From positions 1 to 64,000 of the forward strand of contig MCFE01000125.1 in the NCBI GenBank assembly GCA_002104905.1: DNA of 64,000 bases, in the 5' to 3' direction. The stretch is from Basidiobolus meristosporus CBS 931.73. Taxonomy: Eukaryota > Fungi > Basidiobolomycota. Both the position numbers and the translations under genes were made by a program. Each line of letters opens with the position of its first letter. Position 1 is the first letter of the stretch. This document shows, in pieces, positions 12,337-24,228 of this stretch. Under the pieces are notes generated by a model, which worked only from the letters and a program-made list of their open reading frames with translations, searched no databases and was not told where the DNA came from.

Positions 12337-13017
12337 TCAATTGATGACCGAAAGAAACTGATTCAGCTGCGACTGCAGGGTGGCTAATCTCTCCGCCAAC
12401 TGCTTCTTGGCATCGTCGTTGAGATTTCTGATGGCAGTGGGGGACTGAGACGGGTCCAGCTCCAACACGTTTCCACTTTCCAGTGACAAGGAGATCACAG
12501 ATTTGGTCTTGCCCACAGGGGGTACAGCCTTTTTGGCGTTCTGAGGGGGGTGCTCGAGGGGCTTTTTGTTGCGTTTGGAGCGGCGCGGGGGTTCTACCTC
12601 TTCGTCGGAAGACTGCCTGCTCTCACCAATGACTTTTCGCTTGCTCTTGTTTGTGGGGGTTCTGGTGGGCTCTTTTACCGGTGGCTCGGACGCGTTTGTA
12701 GCCGTTTGTGATTGAGAAGTGCTTGAGGATGACTTGACAGTGAGGAACTCTTTGAGGGAAAGCGCGCGTACATCTTTGGGCACTTTATTTATCTCAAGCT
12801 CGCCCAAAAATAACAGCGAGGTGCACAATTGTCCAGTTGAGAGCACTAGTTTGTTGCTGCGTTTCTGTACTAAAAAAAGGCAAGCTTTAGCTCACATTGT
12901 TCGACAAGACTGCAGAGTGGGGGAGGGGGAGGGGATACCTTCAGCTTCCAGGGCCACGATGAGTTGGGTTTTTTCTTCAGGCGATAGAGAGGGCTTGCCT
13001 CTTGAAGTATCTTCCAT
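12337..13017 (-). CDS. Borealin/Nbl1 N-terminal-domain protein (chromosomal passenger complex-like), 2 exons
   Basis: ATG at 13017, intron 12870-12938. The spliced sequence EEKTQLIVALEAEVQKRSNKL...LELEINKVPKDVRALSLKEFL resembles the Nbl1/Borealin N-terminal helix and is followed by a basic S/P-rich linker. Confidence 0.6.
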
Positions 13018-13156
13018 GTTCTCTAGAGTGTCTATGTCGATGCGGAGAAGAAATCGACAATAATATACAGAAAATATGGATAAATACGGGGCCTGAGCCT
13101 ATCATTGATTAACATGATGTTTATTTGTTTTTATTTGGATCCTCATCGGATCAACA

Positions 13157-15619
13157 TCATTCTTTGATGGAGCCAGCATCGGAGTCCTGCTGCTCGCGTT
13201 GATCCAACAACTCCTGCTGTGCTTCATTCGTGCTGGCCAAATACGCTTCCCAGAGCGAGATCAGCTAGGGGACTTTCATTAGCGGCGATCGCGCAGAAGA
13301 TAGCATGGCACTTACCTCCATCTGGGTGGAGATGATCGATCTCAGGTATTTCTCGAGTGATGCCTTGAAATCCTCCACTTTCTCTTCGTCGAAGCGCACC
13401 AGCTCTTGCTTCAGCGTGCTTGTGGTATCCTCGAACTTGGTTTTCTCCTCCTCGACCTTGCTCTCTGCCTGAGTTTGGTTTGGCTTTTAGTGCGTTCCCT
13501 TACGGGCTCTGGTTGAACTGCATGATTACCTCGGAGGTTTCGTAGGTTAGCTGGGAGAGACGCTCCTGCTTCGTTTGGGACTGGCTGCGTAGCTTTTCCA
13601 GTTGCGCCCTTTTCTTGTTGAAGTCGGCAATGCTATGGTGCCAGCTTTGGTAAGACTTGACGCGGGCGGTGAATGCGAACTAATAGCCAGGATGCATCAG
13701 TTGGGGTGGTGGGCGTGCTGGCATGGCCAGGTAGGTACTTGCCTTGATCGAGCCAATCGTCCGCAGATACTCGTCCAAAGTGCTTTCTAGGGTGAGACTA
13801 TCCTGCATGGCCTAGCGTTGACTGGTGAGTACAATACGCCAGAGAAAATGGATAATGGAGCGGGACTGACTTGCTTGTCCTGCAACTCTTTGATCTTATG
13901 CTGCAGTCTGGACAGGGACAGCAAGTTATCGGTGAGTGGCGGATTCGCCTCAGCGCTAGCCATATGGTCGATGCTCTCGGCAAACTCAAAATGAACCCCT
14001 CCGAGCTCTTCGCCATTGCCGGTATTAGTTTCCCTCCATTTCTCCATCAGGGGCGAGCGCATACCAACCACATACCTTTTCTATGCTTGACGTAGCTCTC
14101 GAAAGCTTTCAGAAGAGGCTTCAGTTGAGATTCCAGCATCTCAATCTGCGCTCGCTTGTTTTCGAACCACTGGAGGGCAAACAGGTGAGTGAGGGGAGGG
14201 GTGCTGTGGCCAAGGTGGGCTCCACTTACCTCGTCAGTTTCCACAAACTTCGAGAAGTTGGTCGCACTAGACACTGCATTCCCAAACGCCTTCATCAGCC
14301 CTGTTGAATTCGCACTTTTTCTTTCCTTAATCTGGTCGGAATCCATTAGTATTGATATGTCGCTGGACAATCAAGCGTAATGCCCGCGTACTTCGGTGCC
14401 AAGGCTGTCGGAGCTCAGGAAGACGACGAGATCGGGGTCCTGGTTCAGCCGCGGGTGTGCGGCAATCTTGCTCAAGCATTTCTCTAGCGCAGCCCTTCGA
14501 GTCTCCACAAACTCGTCTTGGAATCTACCTGAGAATCGCCAGCGCGTCAGCAACTAGAAACGTATGTGGCGTGAGACGATCGGAGATTTACCCAGGGCAT
14601 GCTTTTCCGGGACCGGGGGAACAATCACTCCCGGATGGTTGTTCACCAATTGATTGTAGAGCCATAAAAAGTCGCGATATCTACGCGTGACTGAGAGTTC
14701 CGCGCTTTTGAAGAGAGGGGATGTAGTCTACAATGTCAATTGGATGAGACGTCTACGCTGGCCCGAGTGGAAGGGAGTTGTATTTACGTGGGTTTTGACT
14801 TTGTAAACAATGTATGCACTGATAGGGTCTCCGACTTTTTGTGGTTCACTGACGGATATATCAAAGCTCGGCCGAGCTACATCGTCATCTATGGAGTTCT
14901 GAACATACGGTTAGATAGCCGCTGAATGACCTTCCGAATTCATTTACCTTGCTTAGATCGGCTACGACCTCTTCTTCCGGCAGTGGTACTTCGTCCAAAC
15001 GGGCCTCTGGTTCCGGGGGAGGTGCCTGGATAACGGGCTTCTCTTTGACCACCTCCTGGGAGATGGGTGATGATTTAAAGGAATCGTCTTGGGCATCTAA
15101 GATATTAAATGTTGGTTCACGAACACTCGGTTTGAATTGTGGAGACAAGGGTGAGCTATGATATTCTTTTGGTTGGGGAGGGATGATTGAAGGTTCAATC
15201 GGGGCTTCTTGTGGGCTTGGTGCTTCCTTTTGAAGTGGTGAATCGAAGGGAGTATCCACAGGGGAGAGATCTTTGAAAGGAACAGCGGCTGGCAGCTCCG
15301 GTTCTTTGTTGAATGCAATTGGGGAAAAGGCTGCCTCTTTCTCGGTTTCTTCGAGAGGATTGGCAGTAAAACTCCCCAAACTGTCTGGGAGCTCCTCTCC
15401 AGCGTCCAGTTTCAGGTTGGAGAAAGAGCTTTGAATGTGGTCGTCCTGGTGGGGATCCACGAACTCCGCCGGAGGGAAGGATTCGCTCGCTCGGCGGCTT
15501 GAAGAGGGCAGGGAGGAAAACACATCGGCGAAAGGATTGACCTCCTCGTATTTAATAGAGAGTCCGTCTTGTGAAGGGATCAGATCAGAAAAGTCATCAT
15601 ATATCTGTTTATCGCTCAT
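13157..15619 (-). CDS. VPS5: Retromer sorting nexin with PX and BAR domains (Vps5/SNX1-like), multi-exon
   Basis: Acidic N-terminus with NPFADVF. PX motif HPGVIVPPVPEKHALGRFQDEFVETRRAALEKCL...DPDLVVFL. BAR C-terminus EDFKASLEKYL...LISLWEAYL. Stop TGA at 13157-13159. Confidence 0.9.
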
Positions 15620-15921
15620 CTCTGGAAATGCGTGGTTTGCGACACGGAACTAGCTGTTCACTATGAAAAGGCTTTTCGGTTGGTGTTGTGAAACGTAGCC
15701 TGAGTTGGTAAGGGTTGCGGAAAACGTCCGGTAATTCCGGTCAAGACTGCTTCAGAACGCCAGCCAATTACACAGAATTCGATCGGAGGGTTGATAGGAG
15801 GGTAGATAGATTACCCATATGGACTAAATGAGTGCATAATCCAGTGCTCTCAATTTTCCATCGTTCTCCATAGAATAAGCCACCTTGGGCCTATGTGTTT
15901 TGTAGTTTGGAAGATACCAAC

Positions 15922-17032
15922 ATGGCCCAGGAACCCTGCATCGTGGGAGTAGGTTCGGTGTACCTCGACATCATCCTTGAGGTCCCCTACTATCCGGAGG
16001 AGGATAGCAAGTTGAGAACAGAAAAGGTTGATAAACGGAGGGGTGGCAATTCCCCCAATACCCTAGTAGTTCTATCTCAACTTTTCCAAGAGAAAGGGCG
16101 AGGTAGTTGTCATTTCATGGGCTCACTGGCCAACCCCGAAAACAGGGATAACAAGTAAATGGTTGCTTTTCAGCCGGGTTTCGAGCCTTTATTGATCAGT
16201 CAATTCACAGGGTTTTATTGGGAGATATGAGCAAGCATGGGATTAATATGGGTTGTTGTATGAAAACCGACAAAGAAGATCCGCCCACTTCCTATATCGT
16301 GTCCACCTCAAGAGGCTCCCGCACCATCATCAACCATAATCCTTTACCGGACATCGATCTGGCCCATTTCAAAAGCGTTTACCCGAACTACCAGTTCAGC
16401 TGGGTTCACTGTGAAGGCAGAAATATCGAGGCTGTCCATGGAATTTTAACCCATCTGATGCAGGTTGGTTTCCACCAGAACTACTACTGTTTACGTACCC
16501 TCCAAGGCTAAAGCAACTTGACAGGAACTCGAGCTCGGCAGGAACATCATCACCTCCGTGGAGATTGAAAGACCCGAAGAGCTAAGGCCTGGCATCACTC
16601 AGTTGCAGGATAAGGCGGACGTGGTGTTCTATTCCAAGATATTTGCCCAGAGCTGCGGCTTCGAAGAACCCTTGGCATTTCTAAAATCGAGAAAGGCGTA
16701 CTGCAAGCCAAGGTAGGTTCTGGAACTTTACTTGCCCCTGCAAATAAACCTAACGTCTCCAAAGCGTCATCGCCTTTTGTACCTGGGGAAGTAGAGGTGC
16801 CGCTGCCTATCAACCCTCCAAAGAACTGCTGTTGCAAGAGAATGCGTACCCTTTGGCTGAGGTGGTAGATTCCGTTGGCGCAGGAGACACGTTCAACGCA
16901 GGCGTCATCTATGGGCTTTCCTTTGATCTCACCCTTCAAAACACCTTGAAATTGGCATGCAAGGTTGCCTCGCTGAAGTGTGCCAGGTTAGGGTTTTCCA
17001 ACCTAGGAAAGGATATGTCGTCAGATCTGTAG
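15922..17032 (+). CDS. Ketohexokinase-like PfkB carbohydrate kinase, 4 exons
   Basis: GSVYLDII...RRGGNSPN, WVHCEGRN, FCTWGSRGA and the PfkB anion-hole motif DSVGAGDTFNAG. The introns splice in frame. Confidence 0.88.
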
Positions 17033-17222
17033 ATGTAAGCCAAGTTAATTAAAAAATAAAGCGATGTGGATGAGATTTTTGGCAACTGATGAATTGGGAC
17101 ACTGCACACATCAAACTGATCAAGCAACAAAGGACGATGACTCCACTGATAGATGAAACGTCCCCGACGGCGAAGGCATAAATACTCAGGGAGGTCGACT
17201 CTCCGATTCATCAACTAGTCAA

Positions 17223-17651
17223 ATGATGAAATCCTACTGCCTTTTCTTGATCTGCGCCCTCATGATCCAAGCCCAAGAAGGTATGGTGTACAACCGAGTT
17301 CCCGGTTGCCTTGTCTAACCCGTTGTGTTGATTTTAGCTCCCAGCAGCTCCGATGGACGCACTTCTGTTCGAGGCACAGCTACTCGTTCATCCCGGCCAA
17401 ACCAAACTGGCTCCGCGTCCAGAACCCTTACTGGCACCAGTAATGCAAGCAGAACCGCGGGGGGTGAAGGGTCCGAAACCAACACCCTCTCTAGCGCCAC
17501 TAGCACCCAAACCAATACCTTGGTCGAGAGCGTAACCCCACCTGTGTCCTTACCCGCAGGCACCCGTGCGCCTTCGAGCGATGCCGTGAACCAGATCGCT
17601 GGTACATTGTTCGTTTATGCTGGACTCTTGCTGGGCTACTATCTCTATTAG
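17223..17651 (+). CDS. Small secreted Ser/Thr-rich, probably GPI-anchored protein, 2 exons
   Basis: Signal-like MMKSYCLFLICALMIQAQE, a GT-AG intron, an S/T/G-rich body, and the C-terminus SSDAVNQIAGTLFVYAGLLLGYYLY, a typical GPI-signal layout. Confidence 0.7.
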
Positions 17652-17870
17652 GCAGGGCTGACAGTGATGCCGATGCTATATTGCTACCACTATCGTTAGC
17701 ACTATCACTACCACTATCAAGCATTACTAACCTTATCAGGCAAGGCAGTTAATGTCAAATTTATTCTCCAGCCATTAGTATCATTTTGACTAATACGACT
17801 AACCAAGTAATAAAGTTTATCCAACAAATAGCTATGTACACATGTGTATGTGAGTGGGACTGATGCAATC

Positions 17871-20800
17871 TTACATTGCCCCTCTGTTGGGTCCGGTCGG
17901 CCTAAAGCTCGCACCCTTCGTAAACCTTGGTTCCATTTGCTCCATTTGCATGCGGTTCGGCGGTAATCTAGGTCTGGGTAGTTGGCTGGAGTCGAAGAAT
18001 TGGCTGGGCCCATTAGGAAAGAATGGCCTCTCGTAGAAACCTTGGTTTGGCGGATAGTAGTGGGGGTTATAGTAAGGAGTCGCAACCGGAAACCCATTGG
18101 GGAATTGCTGAAAGGCTCCACGACGATTCACCTCGAAGTCATTCAACGGTGGTCCCACCATCGCATATTGAGGCGGCTCTACCGGCCATTGCCTATTGCC
18201 AGAGTGGGCGCGAGCATTGGATGGATTCGCGCGGCCTCTTTGGCTTGGCTGTGATGAGGACTCGGGGCGCCCATGGCGTGTTGGGGTGTTAAAGCTCTCG
18301 GGTGGAAGGTGGGATGTAGCTAGATGATTGGGGTTGGGGTTGGGATTGGGATTCGGTTGCGACAGCGCTTCTGGCTGAGGCTTCTTGTGGAAATCGTCCA
18401 CATGGACCGATGGCAAACGCGCAGCATTGGCTTTGCGCACGCCATATGTGTCCCGAAACTCGTTACTTTGGTAGGCCTTTCCACCACCCAGGTTCTTCCG
18501 ATGTAGCTCGTCTCGCGTCAATGAGCTCACATTGTGCGGCTCGAACGGAATAATGACCGGATCTCCCTCCTCGTCACTCTGCTCGTCGTAAACCTTGATG
18601 CGCTTTCGGGTTGAAAACCCGGGGAACATGCGAAGGGCGTACGATTTGAAGTCGCGCACTTCGTTCGAAAAATAAAAGATCTCCTCGAAGTCGTCGGTGC
18701 TGATGTGGTCGTCTCGCTCTACAAGATTTCGGGAATGAATTTCAACGATGGACTCTACCTACGTGACATGGAGGACTTACCGATCGGCAGGGTGCGCAAC
18801 TCCCGTGACTTCAGGAATTCGTTGAGCGTGCGCTTTCTGATTTGGAAGATCCGCTCTAGCCCGAGGAAGCACGACTCGATTCCGTCGAATGGCTCGTCGA
18901 ATCTATGCTGGCTCGAGTCGCCTTCCTGTTGCAAGGACTGGGCAACCTCCAGATACCAGTGCAACAACTCACGTGACGTCTCACAGAACTCGCCATCATC
19001 GGATGCTAGGACCGTTAGACAATCCTGCCCGAGCTCTACACATGTCTTAAACGGGCCCAGCAAGTTTGCGAAAAGGGAGATCTTGATGTCGTTGTGCGTT
19101 GGACTGGCGGTGACGTGGTTCATCCATTGGTCGTAGAGAAGCTTCGAAAGGCCGAGGATCCGACACAGTCTCTCAAGAACGAATGGCTGCCGGTCACCTT
19201 GGGAAAGCTCCTTCATCGAGTGGTTCATGTTCGCGTGGATTGAGTAACAGAACTCTGGGTTGCTAAGAATGGTCAGGGTGCCGATTACGGATCGGGAGAG
19301 ATTGGACAGCATGCTGAGAGCTCGGGTAGAGCCACAATCCAGAAGCTTCGAGATGAACTCGGAGAGCTGCGTGGACTGCGCATCCACCTCAGCTTTGTGG
19401 TTATTCAAGGCATCGATGGGGATTCGTCGATCGAACTGCTCCCAGTGGTTCGAGAGTAGGTAGATCAACTTGCTAGCGAGGTCGCTGACGAAGTGGTCGG
19501 GCCCGAGCAAATCGACGATATCGAAGAACATCCCAACGGTTTGGTCCAGCCCATCCCTGATATTGCACTCGAAGATATCAAGCAAGTAGAAATGCCCGCA
19601 CGGAATTCTTACGAGGGCCAGTAGCAGACACAGCAGCCGCGAGATCCGCGAAACCATGAATTGCTCCTCGAAGGAGCTTTGCTGCCATAGACAAGAGTTA
19701 CCATTCCCCGTACTCTGCTTTGTGGCCTGGTATTCAACGGCGTGTAGCACTCGACTGAACGCTTCCAATTCTTCGTACAGCTGGTTGACTATTAGTTTGA
19801 AGATCCCCCGAGCGATCCCCATATCGCCGATATCCAGCTCAACCATCTGGACAAGCAGCGAACGCAACGCGACGTGCACCTCCTTGCTAGACGTGAAGAT
19901 CAAAGTACGAAGACACTCCTCAAGATCATCCTTGAACGGGAGTAGTTGGTTGGTCCAGTACAGGCGCAAACAGTTGTCGTTGTACACCCAATCCTTCAGG
20001 CTTCCTGGGTGGTGGGGCTTAGGGACGTAAGGAGGTGGAAGTAAGCGGCCTAGCAGCTTGAGCCCACTAAGAAAATGCTGAGGAGCATCGTGAAGCCCAT
20101 CCAGTAGATATTGCACCACCTTATTCCCTATCAGGCCAGTAGGGATCTTGCACCTAAATGGGCCCGACTCTCCATCGGGCACCACTGTATTCACCATGTC
20201 GAAGAAGCGATACATCACCTCCAGGTTCTCTCCCAACAGATAGAGCCCATACGAATTGACCACCATCGATTGCTCATTTGGCTTCAGGTTTTGAATGTCC
20301 AGCTGGTCAAGCGTATACAGCAGCTTGAGCACTTGCTTGAAGCATTCATTCAGAAGATGGTCGTCTCGGGTGATGTCGAGGCTCAGCTCCTCTGCGGAGC
20401 TCTCTCCTGGCTCGGCTAGAGTCACGGACACGATGAGCCCGTCGCCAGTATGGTAGATGATACTGAACATCAGCTCCAACGTGAGCCGACTAAGCTCTAG
20501 CCACTTGGTTTTCTTTCTGATCCTCTCGATGATGTAGGACTGCGGATCCGACCACGACATGGACGCCATCTTCTCCACGAGAGTGGCTTCGTCTTCCAAA
20601 GCATCCGGATACAGCGGCGAGATCTTGTTCATTTCGCCCAGAGCCTCGATGGCAGACTCCACGATCCGAAGCAGGTAGACAAGGATCGGGTCTTCTTGGG
20701 TGGAGCCGACTATGTTCAATTGCGCACTCAGGATGCCTAGCGGGTCACTTCCGGTGTAACTATGCTTCAGCAGGATCCGAACACAGTAAGCGATCTTATC

Positions 20801-23657
20801 CACCACGGATTCCTTGGAAAAGTCCCTCCGCTCTGTGTTGGCGAGGATGTCGATCAGGACGCCCAGGTCGTTGTGCTTGTGGTACTTGAGAATGGTATAG
20901 TACACCGCATCATCCTCCGCTTCCTGCTGGTAGGTGATTCGCAGCCTGTCAATGTCGGCTGGTGAGAGCTTGACTTCCAGAAGATGGTAGTACGAGAAAA
21001 CCGCGGTGACCAGTCGCTTCGCCTGGGCGTTTGAGGAGGAGTACGATATAAGAATGGGCAGCGCTCCCAGAAAACTAACCACAGATGCGACCGCCTAGGT
21101 AGAAATGGGTAAACAAATGATCAAGCGTGGAGTCAAAGAAGACTCAGCCCAAACCTGCTTTCCAATGTTGAATGTGCACATGTCATGCATTAGCTTGATA
21201 AGGAGGTTCGCCTGTAGATAATCCTCTTTCCCAATCAAGACTGGTCTTTTCCCTTTGAGGTCCGAATGTGCGATCAACTGGGAGACAAGTCGAACCGCGT
21301 AAACTTGATAGATGAGAGTGGTTACGAATTCCTCCAGCGTATACTGAGCTCCAGAAACCGGGACGAATGAGGATGTGGAGATTTCGTAGGTGAGGTCGTC
21401 CTGGTTGCGTGAGTATTTATTGTCACTAATCCACCCTTGGCGATAGTCCAGTATTCCTGGGCTTCCACGGAGCTTCTCTTCGCGAAGCCACCCAAAAATC
21501 CCGCCATCTCCTTGGCTTTCTGTCCAGGCCTCGAACAAATGGCTCTTCCCTAGGGCCGGCTTTTCCAACTCGTTCGATAGATATTGAAGCCCTTGCTTGG
21601 TTTGCCACAAAACCATGTAGAAAGCGAACAGGCTCTCCTGGCCAGTGCTCGCCAGTGCTTCCGTCACCACCTGAAGGATATTGTGAAAGAGAAGGTACTG
21701 GAAGTACGATGATTCGAGAGAATATTTCATGTCTCTATGGAATTTGGCGACATTGAAGAACTCGACCAGTCGTAAGGAGGGTCTTGACGAGCTGGTTGTG
21801 GCCGTCAAGAGATGTGGTATCTACGTTTTCCACTCCCAGATTCAGTGAAACCCGGCGGATGGTTGCACAGCTTTCGAAGAATCCGATCTTTTCGACTATG
21901 ATACCAACTAGCTCCATGGTTTCCGCCGGCAGCTTTGAGTCCTGTAGCAGAGGCAAGATGAAGCGATGGTACAACGATTCGTCCAGAATATGTTGAACTA
22001 CGAGGGGGTCATTGATGCATGTATTGAAGGCATTGAGGATTTGGACTTTAAGGTAGGTGCTGGCATTTGCCGAGCTCAATGGGTAAAGCAGCCCTTGGAT
22101 TAGTTGGTGGTCCTAACAAGAGGCATAAACATCATGTACGTGTGGCAGGTTCAATGCAAACTTACAAGAACTAGCTTCGATACGCCCTCCCCACAAGCAC
22201 ACAAGTTGCATATTAGGCTCAAGCAATTTCTAAATACGGACAAAGAAAACTGAACCGCTGTGAGTGTTAGGTGCTACGCAGGCCTATGGGCTCTGCACTT
22301 ACCGAGCCAGAAGTAATCCTCATGGACTTGCACACCATCCTCAATAGTTTCGTGAGATCATCTACAGACATATGCACTTAGTGCAAGTTGGGGGAGTGGG
22401 ATGGGTAAGCCACCCTGCTTACCTTTCAAATCTATTTGGTTGCTTCTTGCATACTCAACCGCCTCCTCCAGTACCTGGCTGATCCGATGAAGCGATTGCT
22501 GAAGAGTCTTGGCTTGGTCGTTGCCACTGGCTTGCTCCTTCGCATATGCATCGATCTCGGAGATCTGCTGCTTCAGCTCCACCCATGCCTTTTGACCATG
22601 TAGATTCATCGCCGAGTGGTGAGCCGTGGGCGGCTGTTTTGTTGGCAAGTTAATTGGGAATCGACAGGACCAAATGATTCTGTAGACTTACGAGGCTTTG
22701 CGGCGTATAAGGATAGCCATCCAGAAGGCGGCTCAGAGTGCCGTTGACCAGGGGGTCAGTGGTACTGCCGGTGTGGTACTCACCAGCCAACTTCTGGATT
22801 TTCTCGTACAGGTCGTGCGCTTCGTTTGATTTGCTCGCTCTAGAGGTCATATTCTGGTAGGCGTCGAGCGGGCCTGCGTAAAGCTCCAAATCCTTTGCTG
22901 CTACATCAAAATATCAGTCAGCTTGATCGCATTTCATATTGGATATCACAAGCGGCTCATACATAGACTCGTCTCGCTAGCCTCCATGGATTTTTCCAGA
23001 TCTTGCCCCTGTCAGCCCGGTTTGTTAGAGAGTTATTCCTGTATATATACTCCAAATGGGGACCCACCTGCGCCATCCGGGAGGTTCCATCTACAGTGTA
23101 GCCATATAAACATAAAGTGAGCGCCTCAAAGTCACCCCGTACCAACAAGAAACGTGTCACAGGCTGGGAAATATTCAAATCATGAGCATGTCAAATTCTC
23201 GTATGTAGGCTATTCAAGCGCAACCATACTTTGTGCTCCGTGTTGAACTGAAACCCTTGGGTACCTGAGCTTTGATCGTACTCGAATGTGTAAGAGTCGA
23301 GCGATTCTACATGCGTCGTGGGTTTCGTGGGCTCAGTCTTTGTGGCGCATTTTTTGTGGGTTAATACTTGGAAGGAGAAATTCGAAGGTGAGGTACAACT
23401 AAAGGACGTAAGCAAAAAGTTAACGAGCTTGAGAAGTACTGATCGACGCGTGTCCACAAATGGATGGAGGCTACGCACCCTTTCTTCTCCACTAAGGGGG
23501 TGTCTGGAAACGGGATGCTTCCTTGTGGAATGACCACCAGATTGGTCAGCACTACATCGGCACGGAATCTTATGAACTGGGTGAAGTCTATGTCTTCACT
23601 GTTGTAATTTCTGGGCGGCTTTAGCGTGTTGTAATAGAGTAGCACTTTATTCCTCAT
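17871..23657 (-). CDS. VIR: Virilizer/VIRMA homolog (m6A writer complex scaffold), ~10 exons, probable 1-nt insertion near 21777
   Basis: N-terminal VIR_N-like sequence (VLLYYNTL...FIRFRADVVLTNLVVIPQG...GCTSPSNFSFQVL...VTRFLLVRGDFEALTLCLYG), a long helical middle, and a C-terminal RKANAARLPSVHVDDF motif matching the conserved virilizer RxxNTSRPPSMHVDDF. The ORF segments join through GT-AG introns. The exact 3' end is uncertain. Confidence 0.8.
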
Positions 23658-23813
23658 CCCGTGAAGTTTGGTACGGAGGGGGATATTTCGTAGGTGGGTA
23701 GACTGACTCCTGGTTTCGACACTACTGCGCTCACCACCAGAAATGCGACTATTCTATGATTTACTTAAACCATGGAGTTAAACGAAATCAGAACTCTACC
23801 AAACAGCGGAGCT

Positions 23814-23853
23814 AGGGTTAGGGTTAGAGTTGGGTTGGGCTGGGGCTGGGTGG
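23814..23853 (+). promoter_or_regulatory. Telomere-like TTAGGG motif and G-quadruplex-forming tract in the divergent VIR/kinesin promoter
   Basis: AGGGTTAGGGTTAGAGTTGGGTTGGGCTGGGGCTGGGTGG contains six runs of three or more G. Confidence 0.5.
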
Positions 23854-24228
23854 TTCAGGTAAACAATGGAGTTCATCTGAAATTTTCGAAGCACTCGACA
23901 CCACCTCTCCTCTGTAGGAAGGGTGTGGGCCAATCAAACGATGAATCTATTGATGAAGTGTAAACAAACATTGTAAACCAGAGATGTGTGCTTAAGTGAT
24001 GTAAATTTTGTTAGCTCACGATAAAGGAAAAAAGTGGAATCGGTGTGTTTTGACGTGAACAACGGGTTTACTTTCTATATTGAAGCACTGGGGAATATTT
24101 CCTTCGAAAGCAATCACTTTATCAACCCTACATAGCTGAGCGTTGGTCTTGAAAACCTCTGACAATAGGTGCACCATTCAACTTCTAACCTTCCTTGTAA
24201 ACATATCTACTTCATTATCCGACGGAAA

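Noticed and set aside
18329-18358. TTGGGG telomere-like/G4 repeat
   Set aside because: It is the antisense of a coding NPNPNPNP low-complexity tract in VIR.
23814-23830. Interstitial telomere or chromosome-fusion scar
   Set aside because: Only about two TTAGGG units with genes intact on both sides; treated as a promoter motif instead.
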